Counted from the first letter of the stretch, positions 1-10,124 are shown. The stretch: 64,000 bases of DNA from Verrucomicrobiota bacterium (GCA_028873125.1 JAGWMQ010000001.1:36744-100743), one strand, 5' to 3'. A program made the numbers and translations. Notes: generated from the letters alone by a model not told the origin.

Positions 1-595
1 GCTTTGCGCCGTGAAGGACGACCCGCCGGCGTCTTTCTTTCTGGCAACGGCCCGCTAGTGAAAATCGTCTCGGCTGCGATTGCACGCGACCACAAACGCC
101 GAGCGCGTGAGACCGGTGGCGAGCGGACTGTCGGAACATTCATCCAAAACGTGCATGTGTTCGTTCGTGAATCACTGGAGAAGGCCGACAAGCCGCCGGC
201 TGAAAAAGTCGTCGTATTCGATGAGGCGCAACGCGCGTGGAATGCTGACCAGAACCGGAAAAAGAATGGGCTGTAGGTTTCGGAACCGGAAACAATGCTT
301 TCAATCACGAATCGCCATCCAGACTGGGCGGTTCTTGTCGCGCTTGTTGGCGGTGGACAGGAAATCCACAACGGCGAAGCCGGGCTATCGGAATGGAGCA
401 AAGCTCTGCGCGAGAAATTCCCGAAGTGGAAAATCGCGGTTTCACCAAAGGCGCTCGAAAAAGATGCCAGCACTGCCGGGCATCGTCTTTTCGCGGACGG
501 CAAGGCTGGCTCCCTTGCGATACAACCCGCCGATGCCGCAAAACAAATCAATGAATGTCAGCCTGCGAGAAGGACCGTTGCGGTTGGTGCGGTAG
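1..595 (+). pseudogene. Disrupted 3' portion of a DUF2075-type (Schlafen-like) P-loop NTPase gene, running off the left edge
   Basis: Frame 1 encodes VVVFDEAQRAW (DEAQ Walker-B-like box). After an in-frame TAG at 277-279 the same frame continues with VALVGGGQEIHNGEAGLSEW, a signature I associate with DUF2075. Similarity then fades. A frame-2 ORF ends at 595, just before a hairpin terminator. Confidence 0.5.
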
Positions 596-626
596 ACGGG
601 GGAATCTTCGCGCAATTCGCTGGTAG

Positions 627-654
627 GGCGGCGCTGCTGCGCCGCCTCTTTTTT
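627..654 (+). terminator. Rho-independent terminator-like hairpin
   Basis: GGCGGCGC-tgct-GCGCCGCC perfect 8-bp stem followed by TCTTTTTT. Confidence 0.5.
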
Positions 655-698
655 CCGGCTGAGCGGCAGCGCAGCCCTACCGGCTTTTCGCTTTCCGC

Positions 699-926
699 TC
701 ACGCGTCCACTCCTTTGCACAGATCCGCCGTGGTGAGGCCAAGCGCCTTGGCAAGCCTGGCGACGTTTTTGATGCCGGGATTGCGCAGCCCGCGCTCGAT
801 GCCGCTGATGTAGGTGGCGTCGAGGCCGGCGCGTTCGGCGAGTTTTTCCTGGGTGAGTTCGCGGGCTTCGCGTCGTTGGCGGACGTTCAGCCCGAGCGTG
901 GAGAGGATTCCGTTGCGTTTCGGCAT
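699..926 (-). CDS. XRE (Cro/C1) family helix-turn-helix transcriptional regulator
   Basis: 75-aa ORF; LTQEKLAERAGLDATYISGIERGLRNPGIKNVARLAKALG is a canonical XRE HTH. Confidence 0.85.
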   Translation of the reverse strand: MPKRNGILSTLGLNVRQRREARELTQEKLAERAGLDATYISGIERGLRNPGIKNVARLAKALGLTTADLCKGVDA

Positions 927-998
927 GACTGATAGTCCATCCGAAACGCGGGGAAAGGTCTATGGACAATCAGCCAGGTCAGGAAAGCGGCGGGAGGC

Positions 999-1400
999 TC
1001 ATTTCAGCCAGTGGATTTTGATTTCCTTCCCGATTTCCTTGAATTCGGGGTCGCCGGTCACGAATTCGGCGTTTCTGATCTTGGCCAGCGCCGCGCCAAA
1101 GCAGTCGGCATAGGACATTTTCCGCGCGGCCTTGAATATGGCAGCCTGGTGGGTTTGCTGCAGGTCGGCGGGAACAATCTCAATGGGCATGGTGGCCATC
1201 TCCCGGACCTTTTGCCCGGCGGCTTCCTGTGAAACCTCGCGCATCGTGTTGTAACAGACTTCACCCCAGTTCACCACGCTCATCAACAGTTTGTGGCGTT
1301 CGGAGGTGGCCTGCGCCAGAATTTTTTCCACCGCTTCCGCTGCCGGCTCGTCTTCAAAGAACGCAACCAGCGCCCAACTGTCCAAAACCTTGGTCGCCAT
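999..1400 (-). CDS. vapC: PIN-domain toxin (VapC-like) of a type II TA pair
   Basis: 133 aa. N-terminal acidic residue in KVLDSWALVAF and C-terminal FVTGDPEF fit a PIN fold. The start lies 1 nt after the stop of the upstream AbrB-type antitoxin. Confidence 0.8.
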   Translation of the reverse strand: MATKVLDSWALVAFFEDEPAAEAVEKILAQATSERHKLLMSVVNWGEVCYNTMREVSQEAAGQKVREMATMPIEIVPADLQQTHQAAIFKAARKMSYADCFGAALAKIRNAEFVTGDPEFKEIGKEIKIHWLK

Positions 1401-1401
1401 G

Positions 1402-1647
1402 TCAGAGTTCCCGCTCCCGTTTGCGATCTTCCATCATCGCTTTCATCACCCCGGTTCCCTTGAGCGAACCGCGCAGGCTTCGGATGTAGGCGCGGGTGAT
1501 GGGTTTGAGCAGGATGCCCTCCGGCGTGGCGTGAACCGTGGCTTTCGTGCCTTCCTCAATCTCAAATTCCCGGCGCAGACGGCGCGGAATGACGACCTGC
1601 CCTTTCGTGCCGAAATTGACCAATTCCGTCTTTTGTGTCGCAATCAT
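1402..1647 (-). CDS. vapB: SpoVT/AbrB-type antitoxin (VapB/MazE-like)
   Basis: The internal ATG at 1647 gives 81 aa. KGQVVIPRRLRREFEIEEGTKATV is the AbrB swapped-hairpin motif. The gene lies directly upstream of the PIN gene. Confidence 0.8.
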   Translation of the reverse strand: MIATQKTELVNFGTKGQVVIPRRLRREFEIEEGTKATVHATPEGILLKPITRAYIRSLRGSLKGTGVMKAMMEDRKREREL

Positions 1648-1833
1648 GTAAAATGTTATACCACAATCTCGAATATGCCAATCGCCCTGGTCATCTTTGG
1701 TAATTGATATTTCAGTGGTTTGCGAAATGAGCTGCTCGTCGAGGGCATTGGAAATAACTTCTCGAATCGCATGTTCAACTTCCCAATTTTCCAGAACTTC
1801 TTCGATGTTCAGGTCAAAAGATCGGGTTGCCAT
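1648..1833 (-). pseudogene. N-terminal remnant of a GHKL-type ATPase, fused in frame to the vapB ORF
   Basis: The upstream extension of ORF 1402..1833 reads EEVLENWEVEHAIREVISNALDE...WHIRDCG. This resembles the N-box and first strand of HATPase_c_3-like ATP-binding proteins. The ATPase-like sequence ends abruptly at the vapB start. Confidence 0.4.
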
Positions 1834-1852
1834 AAATGTTATAGTTGTCTTT

Positions 1853-3253
1853 TTACGAAAGCTGTCTCCGCCACCGCGCCAATTGCTTCGCGACTTCTTT
1901 CGTTCCTGGCGCGCCGGTGAGGTTGCGTTTGGCCATTGCGATCTTCAAATCGAACACGCCCAGCGCGTCGCGGCCAAAGGTTTTGTCCACGGACTGCAAA
2001 TCCTCAAGCTTCAGTTCCCGGAGCGTGGCGTGCTTTTTTTCCGCGAGCGCCACGACCGCGCCGACGACGTGGTGCGCCTGCCGGAAGGGCATTCCTTTCT
2101 TCACCAAATAATCCGCGAGGTCGGTCGCCAGTAACGCCGGGTCGCTCGCGGCGCGTTCACACGCGCCACGATTCGCCCGCGTGTTGCGCAGCATCGCGGC
2201 CAGCAGCCTCACGGTGGCGCGCACGGTGTCGGCGGTGTCGAACAACCGTTCCTTGTCCTCCTGCAAATCGCGGTTGTAGGTCATCGGCAGCCCCTTGAGC
2301 AGCGTGAGCAGCGCCACGAGGTTGCCGACGACGCGGCCGGTCTTGCCGCGCGCCAGTTCGGCGACGTCGGGATTTTTCTTCTGCGGCATCAGCGACGAGC
2401 CGGTGGTGTAGGCGTCGGCAATTTTGATGAAATTGAATTCCGCGCTCGCCCAGAGAATCAAATCCTCCGCCAGCCGCGAGCAATGCACCGCCAGCAGCGC
2501 GGCGGCGGCGCAAAACTCGACGGCGAAATCGCGGTCGCTCACGGCGTCCATGGAATTTTGGGTGAGCTGAAGCTTGCCGCTGGCGTCCACGAAACCGAGC
2601 AGCTTGGCGACGAGTTCGCGCTTGAGCGGGAGCGTGGAGCCGGCCAGCGCGCCGCCGCCGAGCGGGCAGACGTTCACGCGCGAGTGGCAGTCCCAAAGCC
2701 GCTCGCAATCCCGCTCCAGCATTTCGACGTAGGCGAGCAGATGGTGCGCGAGATAAACCGGCTGGGCGCGTTGCAAATGCGTGTAGCCAGGAATCAGCAC
2801 GTCGGCATTGTTTTCACCCAGCAGGACAAGCGCGCGCTGGAGGTCGGCGATCTCGCCTAGCAAGGCGGTGATTTCATCGCGCAGCCAGAGCCGCACGTCG
2901 AGGGCCACCTGGTCATTGCGCGAGCGGCCGGTGTGCAACTTGGCCCCGGCGGGAACCCGCCGGGTCAGATCGGCTTCGATGTTCATGTGAACATCTTCGA
3001 GTTCGACCCGCCACCTGAATTCCCCGGCCCTGACCTCCCGGCCGATGGCGTCGAGGCCCCGGACGACGGCGCGCAATTCCTTCCGGGTCAGCACGCCGAT
3101 TTTGTGGAGCATCTGGGCGTGGGCCATGGAACCAAGGATGTCGTGCCGCCACAGCCGGCGGTCAAACGAGATGGATTCGGCGAATCGCGCGACGTCCGCG
3201 GCGGGGCCGCGCGTGAACCGACCGCTGCGGGAGAGGGGAGATTTTCTCTTCAT
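1853..3253 (-). CDS. argH: Argininosuccinate lyase
   Basis: Lyase-1 signatures TGRSRNDQVALD and GSSLMPQKKNPD. The start is set at the internal ATG (MKRKSPLSRSGRF), because the ORF's upstream 94 aa are low-complexity and not lyase-like. Confidence 0.95.
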   Translation of the reverse strand: MKRKSPLSRSGRFTRGPAADVARFAESISFDRRLWRHDILGSMAHAQMLHKIGVLTRKELRAVVRGLDAIGREVRAGEFRWRVELEDVHMNIEADLTRRVPAGAKLHTGRSRNDQVALDVRLWLRDEITALLGEIADLQRALVLLGENNADVLIPGYTHLQRAQPVYLAHHLLAYVEMLERDCERLWDCHSRVNVCPLGGGALAGSTLPLKRELVAKLLGFVDASGKLQLTQNSMDAVSDRDFAVEFCAAAALLAVHCSRLAEDLILWASAEFNFIKIADAYTTGSSLMPQKKNPDVAELARGKTGRVVGNLVALLTLLKGLPMTYNRDLQEDKERLFDTADTVRATVRLLAAMLRNTRANRGACERAASDPALLATDLADYLVKKGMPFRQAHHVVGAVVALAEKKHATLRELKLEDLQSVDKTFGRDALGVFDLKIAMAKRNLTGAPGTKEVAKQLARWRRQLS

Positions 3254-3727
3254 GCGTCGGCCTGTTTGTAACGCAAAGAAACTCGAAGGCAAAGGGATTT
3301 TCGGCGCGCCATTTGCGGCGGAAAAGCGCGCGCGGTTGTCAACTGCTGAATTTCGACCGCGGCCCCACGTGATTCGCGTCGTGGCCGGCGGCTCCCCGGC
3401 CGGGCTGCCGGAACTGTCCGGTGAGGCAAAACGGAAATCCCAACCAAACCCCGGCGTGTTTGTCTCCCTTGGCAAAGATTCACCCGGCATATTCGGGCTT
3501 GGTTCCGCGACCCGCGACGGACGGCGTTGCGTCATGAAGCGGCCGCTGGACGGTTTGGCCGGCAGCCATGATTCCCCTCAAGCGCAGAGGAAGGGTTCAG
3601 CCCCCCGCCTCCCGTGGTTTCAGGAACAAATCCGGAGGTGGAACCTCTCATTCCAGGCGCAATTGGGCTGACATGGAGTTCACCCAAAGCAATGAGCCAA
3701 AACCGAACGAAGAAAGGAAAACGAATT

Positions 3728-4895
3728 ATGAACATCGGAAAAAATCAAACAAAACAAGCCAGACAGAACCGATTCCCCGACGAGGGTAAAAATAGGACGG
3801 CAAAGGCCGGGCCGCCGGAAAGCTCGATCAGCCGTCGTTCGTTTTTGCACCAGGGGATTGCTGCCGGCGCAGGCGCGGTTGCGCTGGGGCTGTTGCCCGA
3901 CAGCGCGGCAGCCGACAACGGACTTACGCGCGGAGACGCCGCTATCCTGCGATTCCTGTCGGCGATCGAAATCCTGGAGACCGATGCCTGGCAGCAATAC
4001 AACGAGCTGGGCGGCATCCAGGACAGCGAAGTTCCCGGCGGCAGTGGGAACGCGCCGTACACGGCTGCCCTGGCGGTGCTGGATTCCGATATGGCCCAGT
4101 ATATCCATGACAACACCGAAGATGAATATACCCACTTTGAGTTCCTCAATGCCTATCTGGTTGCGCACAGCGCGGCCCCGGCCAATCTGGGCCGCTTTCG
4201 CACCTTGCCGAGCAGTCTGGCGACCGGCGCGCAGCAAATCGGCCGGCTCACCAACCTCATGCGACTGACTGTGGACACCAGTTGGTGGACGCGCTACCGC
4301 AGCCGGACCCAAAACCCGGATTTCGGCGACACCTTTCCCCATGCCGTGCCCGGCTTGAGCCAGGGGCAATTCCCGGGCATCCCCAGATCCGATGCCGACC
4401 TCATGCCGGCCGATCACCTGCAGGCCATCGCCAATACGGCGGGCTTTCATTTTGCCATCATCGAGCAGGGCGGCACCAGTCTTTACCCGTCGCTCACAAC
4501 GGGTTACCCATCGGGAGGCGTTGCGCATTTTGTTGAGCATCGGCCCCACCGAGACGATGCACTTTCAGACCTGGCAGGACAAGGCAGGCAATGCCCCTCC
4601 GCTGACCGATCCGACAAACGGGTTGGTGTTTCCAGATCTGAATGCCGCCCCACTGGGAGGCGAGGACTTCTCGACCAATCTCATCATGCCTGAGCCCACT
4701 ATATTTCTGAACAGAAAATTCCCGGTCTGTTCGATCATCCGGCCGACAGAAACCCATGGGGCGGCAATGGGCGTGGTGAAGTTCCTCACGGACACAGGAC
4801 TGTTCCGCGGTCAATCCCCCGAGTTCTTTGCGGTCCTCATGGAATTGGCCGACGCGGCGGATGCGGCGCGAGGCGAGGGGAGGGAAATCCGTTGA
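3728..4895 (+). pseudogene. Tat-signal Ferritin_2-like (di-iron) protein gene interrupted by a +1 frameshift near 4493-4497
   Basis: Twin-arginine leader SRRSFLHQGIAAGAGA and ferritin-like motifs DAAILRFLSAIEILETDAWQQY and EDEYTHFEFLNAYL in frame 2. The homology (QRVTHREALRILLSIGPTETMHFQTWQ...) continues in frame 0 (ORF 4392..4895). Confidence 0.7.
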
Positions 4896-5032
4896 CATTG
4901 ACAGTCAGCGGGGCGCGCTTTGTCAATTCGGCAGGGCGCGCTCTCATCTCCATCCAATTTTGCGCATTTCAAACAACTGGTTTTTTCTTGGCGCGTGACT
5001 TCTGGAGCCGCTTGGACTCGGTCCGACGCTAT

Positions 5033-6859
5033 CTATCTGGGATGGGAGCGAAAGGGGATGGGGCCGCCAAACGGCTGTGCCGGCGCACCAAGACCAACGA
5101 AGGGTGTCGGATTGGCTGAACGCCAAGAGGATGCGCGCGGGGCAGGCAACGAACGAGTAATTCTCCGGGGAGGCAGACGAGCCGGCGCGGGTCGCAAGGA
5201 ATTATTCAGATGAAAACCCGGCGCCGGCGCCCGACGCATTTCCTGTGGACGCGGATTCATTCGCCAAACCGGCAGGGCAACCTCGGGCTGGCGTGGGAAG
5301 ACTCGCGGCGAAAAAGCCGGGAGTTGCCGCGGCAGCGCGCCCTGAAAATCGGGACGAGAAAACCTGCGCGGCGACGGGTTGTAATCGGGCTTCATCGAAC
5401 GAGCCGGCGGTTGCGAAACTGGCAACCGCATTGCGCCTTCCTTCCATCTGGTTCCCGAGGGTCGCCCTGCCGGCGCCGTGAGTGTCAGCGACTTCGGCGC
5501 CGAGGCCTGGTGCGGCCAAAACACCCAGGAACCCGTTGAACTTTGACCCGTGAACGGGCGCGTCATCACTAAATCACGAGGCTTGATCCGGATCGGTCGC
5601 CGGCCAGTCGCAACCGGCAAAAATAGACTCCGGGGCGCCGGGCCATGGGGATCGGGCCGATAAATCACCCAAGCATGACCGAGCCTTTCCAGCCGGTCGG
5701 GCATCGAGAAGCGGCCCGTCCCGCGGGACATTTTGCGGATCGCCACCGGACGAAGCGGCGTGTGCGTCGCGGCTTCCACGCGCTTTAGATCAATACCTTG
5801 ATTAAAAAGGTGATGCTGTGAGTCCACCAGGAAACCCCTGTGCGGTCTGGTCCGATGGAAGATATCATCCGCGTCGCCATCGGGTCGGAAATGCCGGAAC
5901 GGATGCCGGTCGCAGAAGTGGACAATGTCAATGAACGTGAAAAAGATTGGTCTGAGGCCAAAATCGAAATTGAAACTGACCGCGAAGCCGTGGAACGTCC
6001 AGCCAATTCCGGGAACGAAGCAGGCCCCTGGGGGCAACGGCGCCCAGCCACAATAAAACGGTGACGCCCTCCAGCACACCCACGCCGGGCCCCACACCCG
6101 ATCCGGACACCAGACCCAACCGTAACGCGGATGGTTGCACCACCGGCCATAATGAAACGGCGCCCAGCCCCAAGAATAATACGAGTTCCAGTACCAGCCG
6201 CAGTCCGTCCACAGCCAGTAACCGCCGTTGCGGTAAGGCCGCCAACCTCGATCCGTCACGACCACCGCCGGTTGCCAGCACCAACCGTAGCCGGGCAGGT
6301 CCAGCCACGTTCCATAAGGGGCCAGCGCGTCGTGGAAATAATTGGCGGACGGCGGCGGCGATTCGGGCGCTTCCGCCATTGTGGGCGGTCGCACGACGGA
6401 GTTTTCGGCCGGCGCGCCCGTTTCCGGCGGCGGTGTGGTTGCCGGCGCCGCGGACACCGCCATTTGACTTGAGCCGGCGGAAGTGCGCTGGACCAAAGCC
6501 TGAAGCACGGAAGACGAGATGCCCAGGTCCCGCAGATATACGATTTGATCCGCTGTAAGCGGAGGCGAAGCCGGCGAGTTTTGAACATAAGCAATAATCA
6601 CGCTGTCCCTGACGCCGGATTGCGCCATGCGGAGGATTTGGGCCAAGTGGGGCGGCAAATTGATGCGGGCGGGCTGGACTTCCGTGGCCGGCGCAACATT
6701 TGTGTCCGCTGGAGCGGCGGCGGGAGGCGCGCCGGGTCCACTGCCGGCCGCGGCGGAGTCCGTTTTGTCCGCCGCAATGAGGGACAGCAAAGACACTGCT
6801 CCTACCGCCCCGGCGGTCATCATCATCATCATTTTCCAATTCGGCGTTTTCATTCTCAC
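5033..6859 (-). CDS. Secreted Trp-rich protein (YGW/HYGRW repeat core, DUF6600-like) with Pro/Arg-rich tail
   Basis: 608 aa with an N-terminal signal-like segment. The core YGWCWQP...[23 protein letters not shown] is typical of W-rich HYGRW proteins. No competing ORF on the other strand looks real. Confidence 0.7.
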   Translation of the reverse strand: MRMKTPNWKMMMMMTAGAVGAVSLLSLIAADKTDSAAAGSGPGAPPAAAPADTNVAPATEVQPARINLPPHLAQILRMAQSGVRDSVIIAYVQNSPASPPLTADQIVYLRDLGISSSVLQALVQRTSAGSSQMAVSAAPATTPPPETGAPAENSVVRPPTMAEAPESPPPSANYFHDALAPYGTWLDLPGYGWCWQPAVVVTDRGWRPYRNGGYWLWTDCGWYWNSYYSWGWAPFHYGRWCNHPRYGWVWCPDRVWGPAWVCWRASPFYCGWAPLPPGACFVPGIGWTFHGFAVSFNFDFGLRPIFFTFIDIVHFCDRHPFRHFRPDGDADDIFHRTRPHRGFLVDSQHHLFNQGIDLKRVEAATHTPLRPVAIRKMSRGTGRFSMPDRLERLGHAWVIYRPDPHGPAPRSLFLPVATGRRPIRIKPRDLVMTRPFTGQSSTGSWVFWPHQASAPKSLTLTAPAGRPSGTRWKEGAMRLPVSQPPARSMKPDYNPSPRRFSRPDFQGALPRQLPAFSPRVFPRQPEVALPVWRMNPRPQEMRRAPAPGFHLNNSLRPAPARLPPRRITRSLPAPRASSWRSANPTPFVGLGAPAQPFGGPIPFRSHPR

Positions 6860-7070
6860 CGCGTCTGCCGGGTTCTGTTTAATGAGACGTAAGCGCGCAA
6901 GAAACCATTTTCAAGGTAAGAGGCACTGGGACGGGCCAGGTTCCCAAAAAATTATTGGTTGTCCGGTGCGCTCCCCATCCGTTCCAGGACATTTGCAATT
7001 CGTTTCAACACCAGCGATAATTTCTCTGCGTCGCGTGCCTGTCGTAAACGATCCGCCAGTTGCCCGGAAT

Positions 7071-7925
7071 ATGCATTGCCAGCTTGCCAGGCCGGTTTCA
7101 GGGAAGTTTTCCCGTGATGAGGCGGCGGGCTTCACCCTCCTCGAGTTGCTGGTGGTGATCGCCATCATCGCCATTCTGGCGGCGCTCCTGCTGCCGGCGC
7201 TGTCGCGGGCGCGGATGCGGACGCAGGGCATCGCGTGTCTGAACAATACGCGGCAGTTGGTCCTGGCCTGGCAGCTCTATGCGGGCGATCACGACGACCG
7301 GCTGCCCTACAATCTGGGCATGGCCGGCTCGTCGCTGCGCACCAACCTCAACTGGGTCAACAACGTCATGACCTGGGGAACCGATCCCGACAACACCAAT
7401 CCGGCCACGCTCACCGAGGCGAGCCTGGGCCCGTACGTGGCCGGCAACACGGCCACGTACCATTGCCCTTCCGACCACGCCTTGAGCGCGTCGCAGCGCG
7501 CCGCCGGCTGGAGCGTCCGCATCCGCAGCTATTCGATGAACGCGCTGGTGGGCGACGCCGGTGAACTCTCGGCCAGGGGCTTCAACGTCAACGATCCCGA
7601 CTACCTCCAGTTTTTCAAACTGGCACGAATCCCGCAGCCGGCGGAGATCTTCGTGTTCCTCGACGAACACCCCGACAGCATTGACGACGGGTATTTCGTC
7701 AACCGCGCCTACGAGCCAGAGTGGATTGATTTACCGGCGTCGTATCACGACGAGGCGGCTGCGTTTTCCTTTGCCGACGGCCACAGCGCATTGCATCGCT
7801 GGACGCAAGCCGGCACGCGCCCTCCGGCGCAACCCGACGCCGCGCATCTGCCCATCCCGCTTTCCAGCGGCGACCACGCGGATTTCGACTGGGTCACCGC
7901 CCACATGAGCGTCGAACACAACTAA
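7071..7925 (+). CDS. Prepilin-type N-terminal cleavage/methylation domain protein of the H-X9-DG class
   Basis: [25 protein letters not shown] prepilin motif, and C-terminal [14 protein letters not shown], which is H-X9-DG (TIGR04294-like). The start is set at the ATG at 7071 just upstream of the pilin motif. Confidence 0.85.
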   Translation: MHCQLARPVSGKFSRDEAAGFTLLELLVVIAIIAILAALLLPALSRARMRTQGIACLNNTRQLVLAWQLYAGDHDDRLPYNLGMAGSSLRTNLNWVNNVMTWGTDPDNTNPATLTEASLGPYVAGNTATYHCPSDHALSASQRAAGWSVRIRSYSMNALVGDAGELSARGFNVNDPDYLQFFKLARIPQPAEIFVFLDEHPDSIDDGYFVNRAYEPEWIDLPASYHDEAAAFSFADGHSALHRWTQAGTRPPAQPDAAHLPIPLSSGDHADFDWVTAHMSVEHN

Positions 7926-7939
7926 CGGAACAACTTGCA

Positions 7940-8695
7940 TCAAAGGAATTGCCGGAGCGCCCGTTCGTCGCCAATCGTGCCCAGCAGGTAGAGTTTGCCG
8001 CCTTCTGTCCAGGCGGCGGTGAACAGACGGTTGACGCCGGCCAGTTGCGGCGGGGCCGCGACGGGCGCGTCTTTCACCGCCGCCCGCTCCACCACAAAGA
8101 GCCACAAATCACTCCGTTGGCCGGGTGGGAGCGGTCTTGCGGTCCGGAAACAAATCATGGAAACCGCCGCCCCCTGCCAGCGTTCAATCGCACAGCCGGT
8201 GAGCGTCGTCTTTTGCAGCGGCGCGGGCAGCACGTAATCTGCCGGCGCGCCGTGCCGCGCGAGGTAGGCGCGGATCTGGGTCGGGTCGTTCGTCGTCAAA
8301 TCCATCGCGTAACCGCGCAGCGCGATGCCCGACATCCGGCTCCGGTAAATGGCAAAGGTGTTGTCGCCCCCGCCCGAGCGGAACCAGAGCGTGGTCAGGG
8401 CGAGCAACGCCACCACGGACGCCGCCGCCGCGAGAATGAGGCGGGGCTGCCGGAAAATGGCTTTCCTCCGTGCGGTCTCTTCGGAAATGATCTGTTCCTT
8501 CAATCCGGCTGGGGCGGCGATCTGCCGGAACCGGTCGCGGAGCGTGTTTTGCCGCGCGTCATGATCCTCCAGCCAGCGCCCGAGCGCCGGGTCGTTCCGG
8601 GCCAGCGCCAGCACCGCGGCAATTTGCGGGTCGTCCGCGTCCACCGTGCCGGGGCGGTAGAGCAGCAAAATGGTTTTGATTTCGTCTTGATTCAC
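7940..8695 (-). CDS. Putative membrane anti-sigma factor
   Basis: 251 aa with a single central TM (LILAAAASVVALLALTTLWF). Its start overlaps the stop of the upstream ECF sigma gene by 4 nt. Confidence 0.6.
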   Translation of the reverse strand: MNQDEIKTILLLYRPGTVDADDPQIAAVLALARNDPALGRWLEDHDARQNTLRDRFRQIAAPAGLKEQIISEETARRKAIFRQPRLILAAAASVVALLALTTLWFRSGGGDNTFAIYRSRMSGIALRGYAMDLTTNDPTQIRAYLARHGAPADYVLPAPLQKTTLTGCAIERWQGAAVSMICFRTARPLPPGQRSDLWLFVVERAAVKDAPVAAPPQLAGVNRLFTAAWTEGGKLYLLGTIGDERALRQFL

Positions 8696-9216
8696 AGATT
8701 CGTGGGTTTGGAGCGCGCACCGGTGGTCCGGCCGATCAGCAATTGGTGCAGCCGGCCCAGGCCGCGCGTCAGGCGCGATTTGACGGTGCCCAGCGGTACG
8801 CCGAGAATTTCGGCGATCTCGTTGTAGGAACAGTCCTGCAAATAGAACAGCGCGACCGGCGCTTGGTAAAGGTCCTCAAGCTGGGCCAGGGCTTGAAGCG
8901 CCTGCGCGGCGTCGAGGCCGCCGCCCACGTCCGGGGAAACGGCTGGCAGGTCCGCGCCCGCGTGTTCAAGTTCGACGTGCGGAAAGCGGGTTTGCCGGCG
9001 CCTCGCGCCCAGGAATTCGCGGTGCAGCGTGGTGAACAACCAGGTCTTCACTTTGGAGGCGTCGCGCAATTGATGGCCTTTGGCCGCCCAGACGCAAAAC
9101 GTCTGCTGGGTGAGGTCGCAGGCTTCCGCCTCGTTGCGGGTCAGGCTGAAGGCGAATTGATAAAGCGCCTCGTAGTATCGGGTCACCAGACTTTCGAAGT
9201 CAGCGGTTTCAGCCAT
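8692..9216 (-). CDS. ECF-type RNA polymerase sigma-70 family factor
   Basis: Region 2 (YEALYQFAFSLTRNEAEACDLTQQTF) and region 4 HTH (YNEIAEILGVPLGTVKSRLTRG). Confidence 0.9.
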   Translation of the reverse strand: MAETADFESLVTRYYEALYQFAFSLTRNEAEACDLTQQTFCVWAAKGHQLRDASKVKTWLFTTLHREFLGARRRQTRFPHVELEHAGADLPAVSPDVGGGLDAAQALQALAQLEDLYQAPVALFYLQDCSYNEIAEILGVPLGTVKSRLTRGLGRLHQLLIGRTTGARSKPTNL

Positions 9217-9232
9217 GGCGCGGCGTCCAAGT

Positions 9233-9315
9233 TAAGAGCGGTCGGCGCTGGAAATGTTCCCGTCGAATTTGACGGAAACTTGTTTCGGGAACAAATTGTG
9301 TCTCCATTCATCTCA
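9233..9315. promoter_or_regulatory. Divergent pair of ECF-like promoter motifs (GGAAC-N18-TCTYA on each strand)
   Basis: Plus strand: GGAAC 9288-9292, 18-nt spacer, TCTCA 9311-9315, facing the PEP-CTERM gene. Minus strand: GGAAC (complement of 9256-9260), 18-nt spacer, TCTTA (complement of 9233-9237), 16 nt before the sigma gene ATG. An inverted repeat GTTCCCGTC/GACGGAAAC lies at 9256-9279. Confidence 0.35.
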
Positions 9316-9454
9316 ATTGGCAAGGGCGCTGCCAATTGCGGGTGGTGAATAGGTTCCCAATGGAAGGACTGGAAGTCCTTTACCACACGTGATATTAAAG
9401 TGATAAATAAGGCTTCGTTGCTCGCGGGGGCGCGCCAAGCGAAAGGAGAATGCC

Positions 9455-10054
9455 ATGAAAATAACATCAAGAACGACGGTCAGCCATCAGATTTTGAGCC
9501 TTTTGTTCGCGTTGGGGGCGGCGTCTGCCGCCTTTGGGCAAAATGGACCCGAACGCGCCACCGCCACGCTCAACGGCGTGCAAAACGGCGGTTTGTATGA
9601 TTACACCATCAGCCTCGACAACACCGGCACTGTTCCCATCGGGACTTTCTGGTATGCCTGGATACCGGGTCAATTTTACCTCCCGTCCGCTCCGGCCAGC
9701 GAGGCGCCGCCGACCGGTTGGACGGCCAGCACCCCTTCACTTGGTGGAAATTATTCCATTGAATACTCGGCCAGTTCGTCGGCTGACTATTTGCAACCGG
9801 GATCGTCGCTGAATTTCGACTTCACCAGTTCAGACACCCCGGCCACCTTGGCCGGGGATTCCTCCAGCTATCCCGGAACGCCGATTGGAACCTCTTATCT
9901 CTATGAAGGCGCCGCCTTTTCCGACCAAGGCTACCAATTTGTCGTGCAGTCCATCCCGGAACCTTCGGTGGCGGGTTTGTTGACGGCGGGTTTTCTCGGC
10001 TTGGCGTCCGCCCGGCGGTGGAAGTTGCGAAGGCCGGGCGCCACCACCGTTTGA
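9455..10054 (+). CDS. PEP-CTERM sorting-domain secreted protein
   Basis: Signal peptide, then C-terminal IPEPSVAGLLTAGFLGLASARRWKLRR (PEP motif, TM and basic tail). AGGAGA lies upstream of the ATG. Confidence 0.85.
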   Translation: MKITSRTTVSHQILSLLFALGAASAAFGQNGPERATATLNGVQNGGLYDYTISLDNTGTVPIGTFWYAWIPGQFYLPSAPASEAPPTGWTASTPSLGGNYSIEYSASSSADYLQPGSSLNFDFTSSDTPATLAGDSSSYPGTPIGTSYLYEGAAFSDQGYQFVVQSIPEPSVAGLLTAGFLGLASARRWKLRRPGATTV

Positions 10055-10092
10055 GGAAATATCGGGGCACGATGGTTCGGTTCGGGAAACCA

Positions 10093-10124
10093 ACGGACGG
10101 CAAAAGAAGCCGTCCGTGAATTTT
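10093..10124 (+). terminator. Terminator-like hairpin after the PEP-CTERM gene
   Basis: ACGGACGGC-aaaagaa-GCCGTCCGT followed by GAATTTT. Confidence 0.45.

Noticed and set aside
1402-1833. Treating ORF 1402..1833 as one 143-aa protein
   Set aside because: The N-terminal 62 aa (ATPase-like) and C-terminal 81 aa (AbrB antitoxin) belong to unrelated folds. An ATG at 1647 gives a normal-sized antitoxin.
3254-3727. 474-bp argH / ferritin-like divergent intergenic region as a possible riboswitch or sRNA
   Set aside because: I could not recognise any known riboswitch core (no B12 box, SAM, TPP or glycine motifs), and I cannot run a covariance search. Left unannotated.
6818-6832. (CAT)5 tract as a phase-variation switch
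   Set aside because: A trinucleotide repeat changes length in frame, so it cannot switch the gene off. Noted only as a curiosity.
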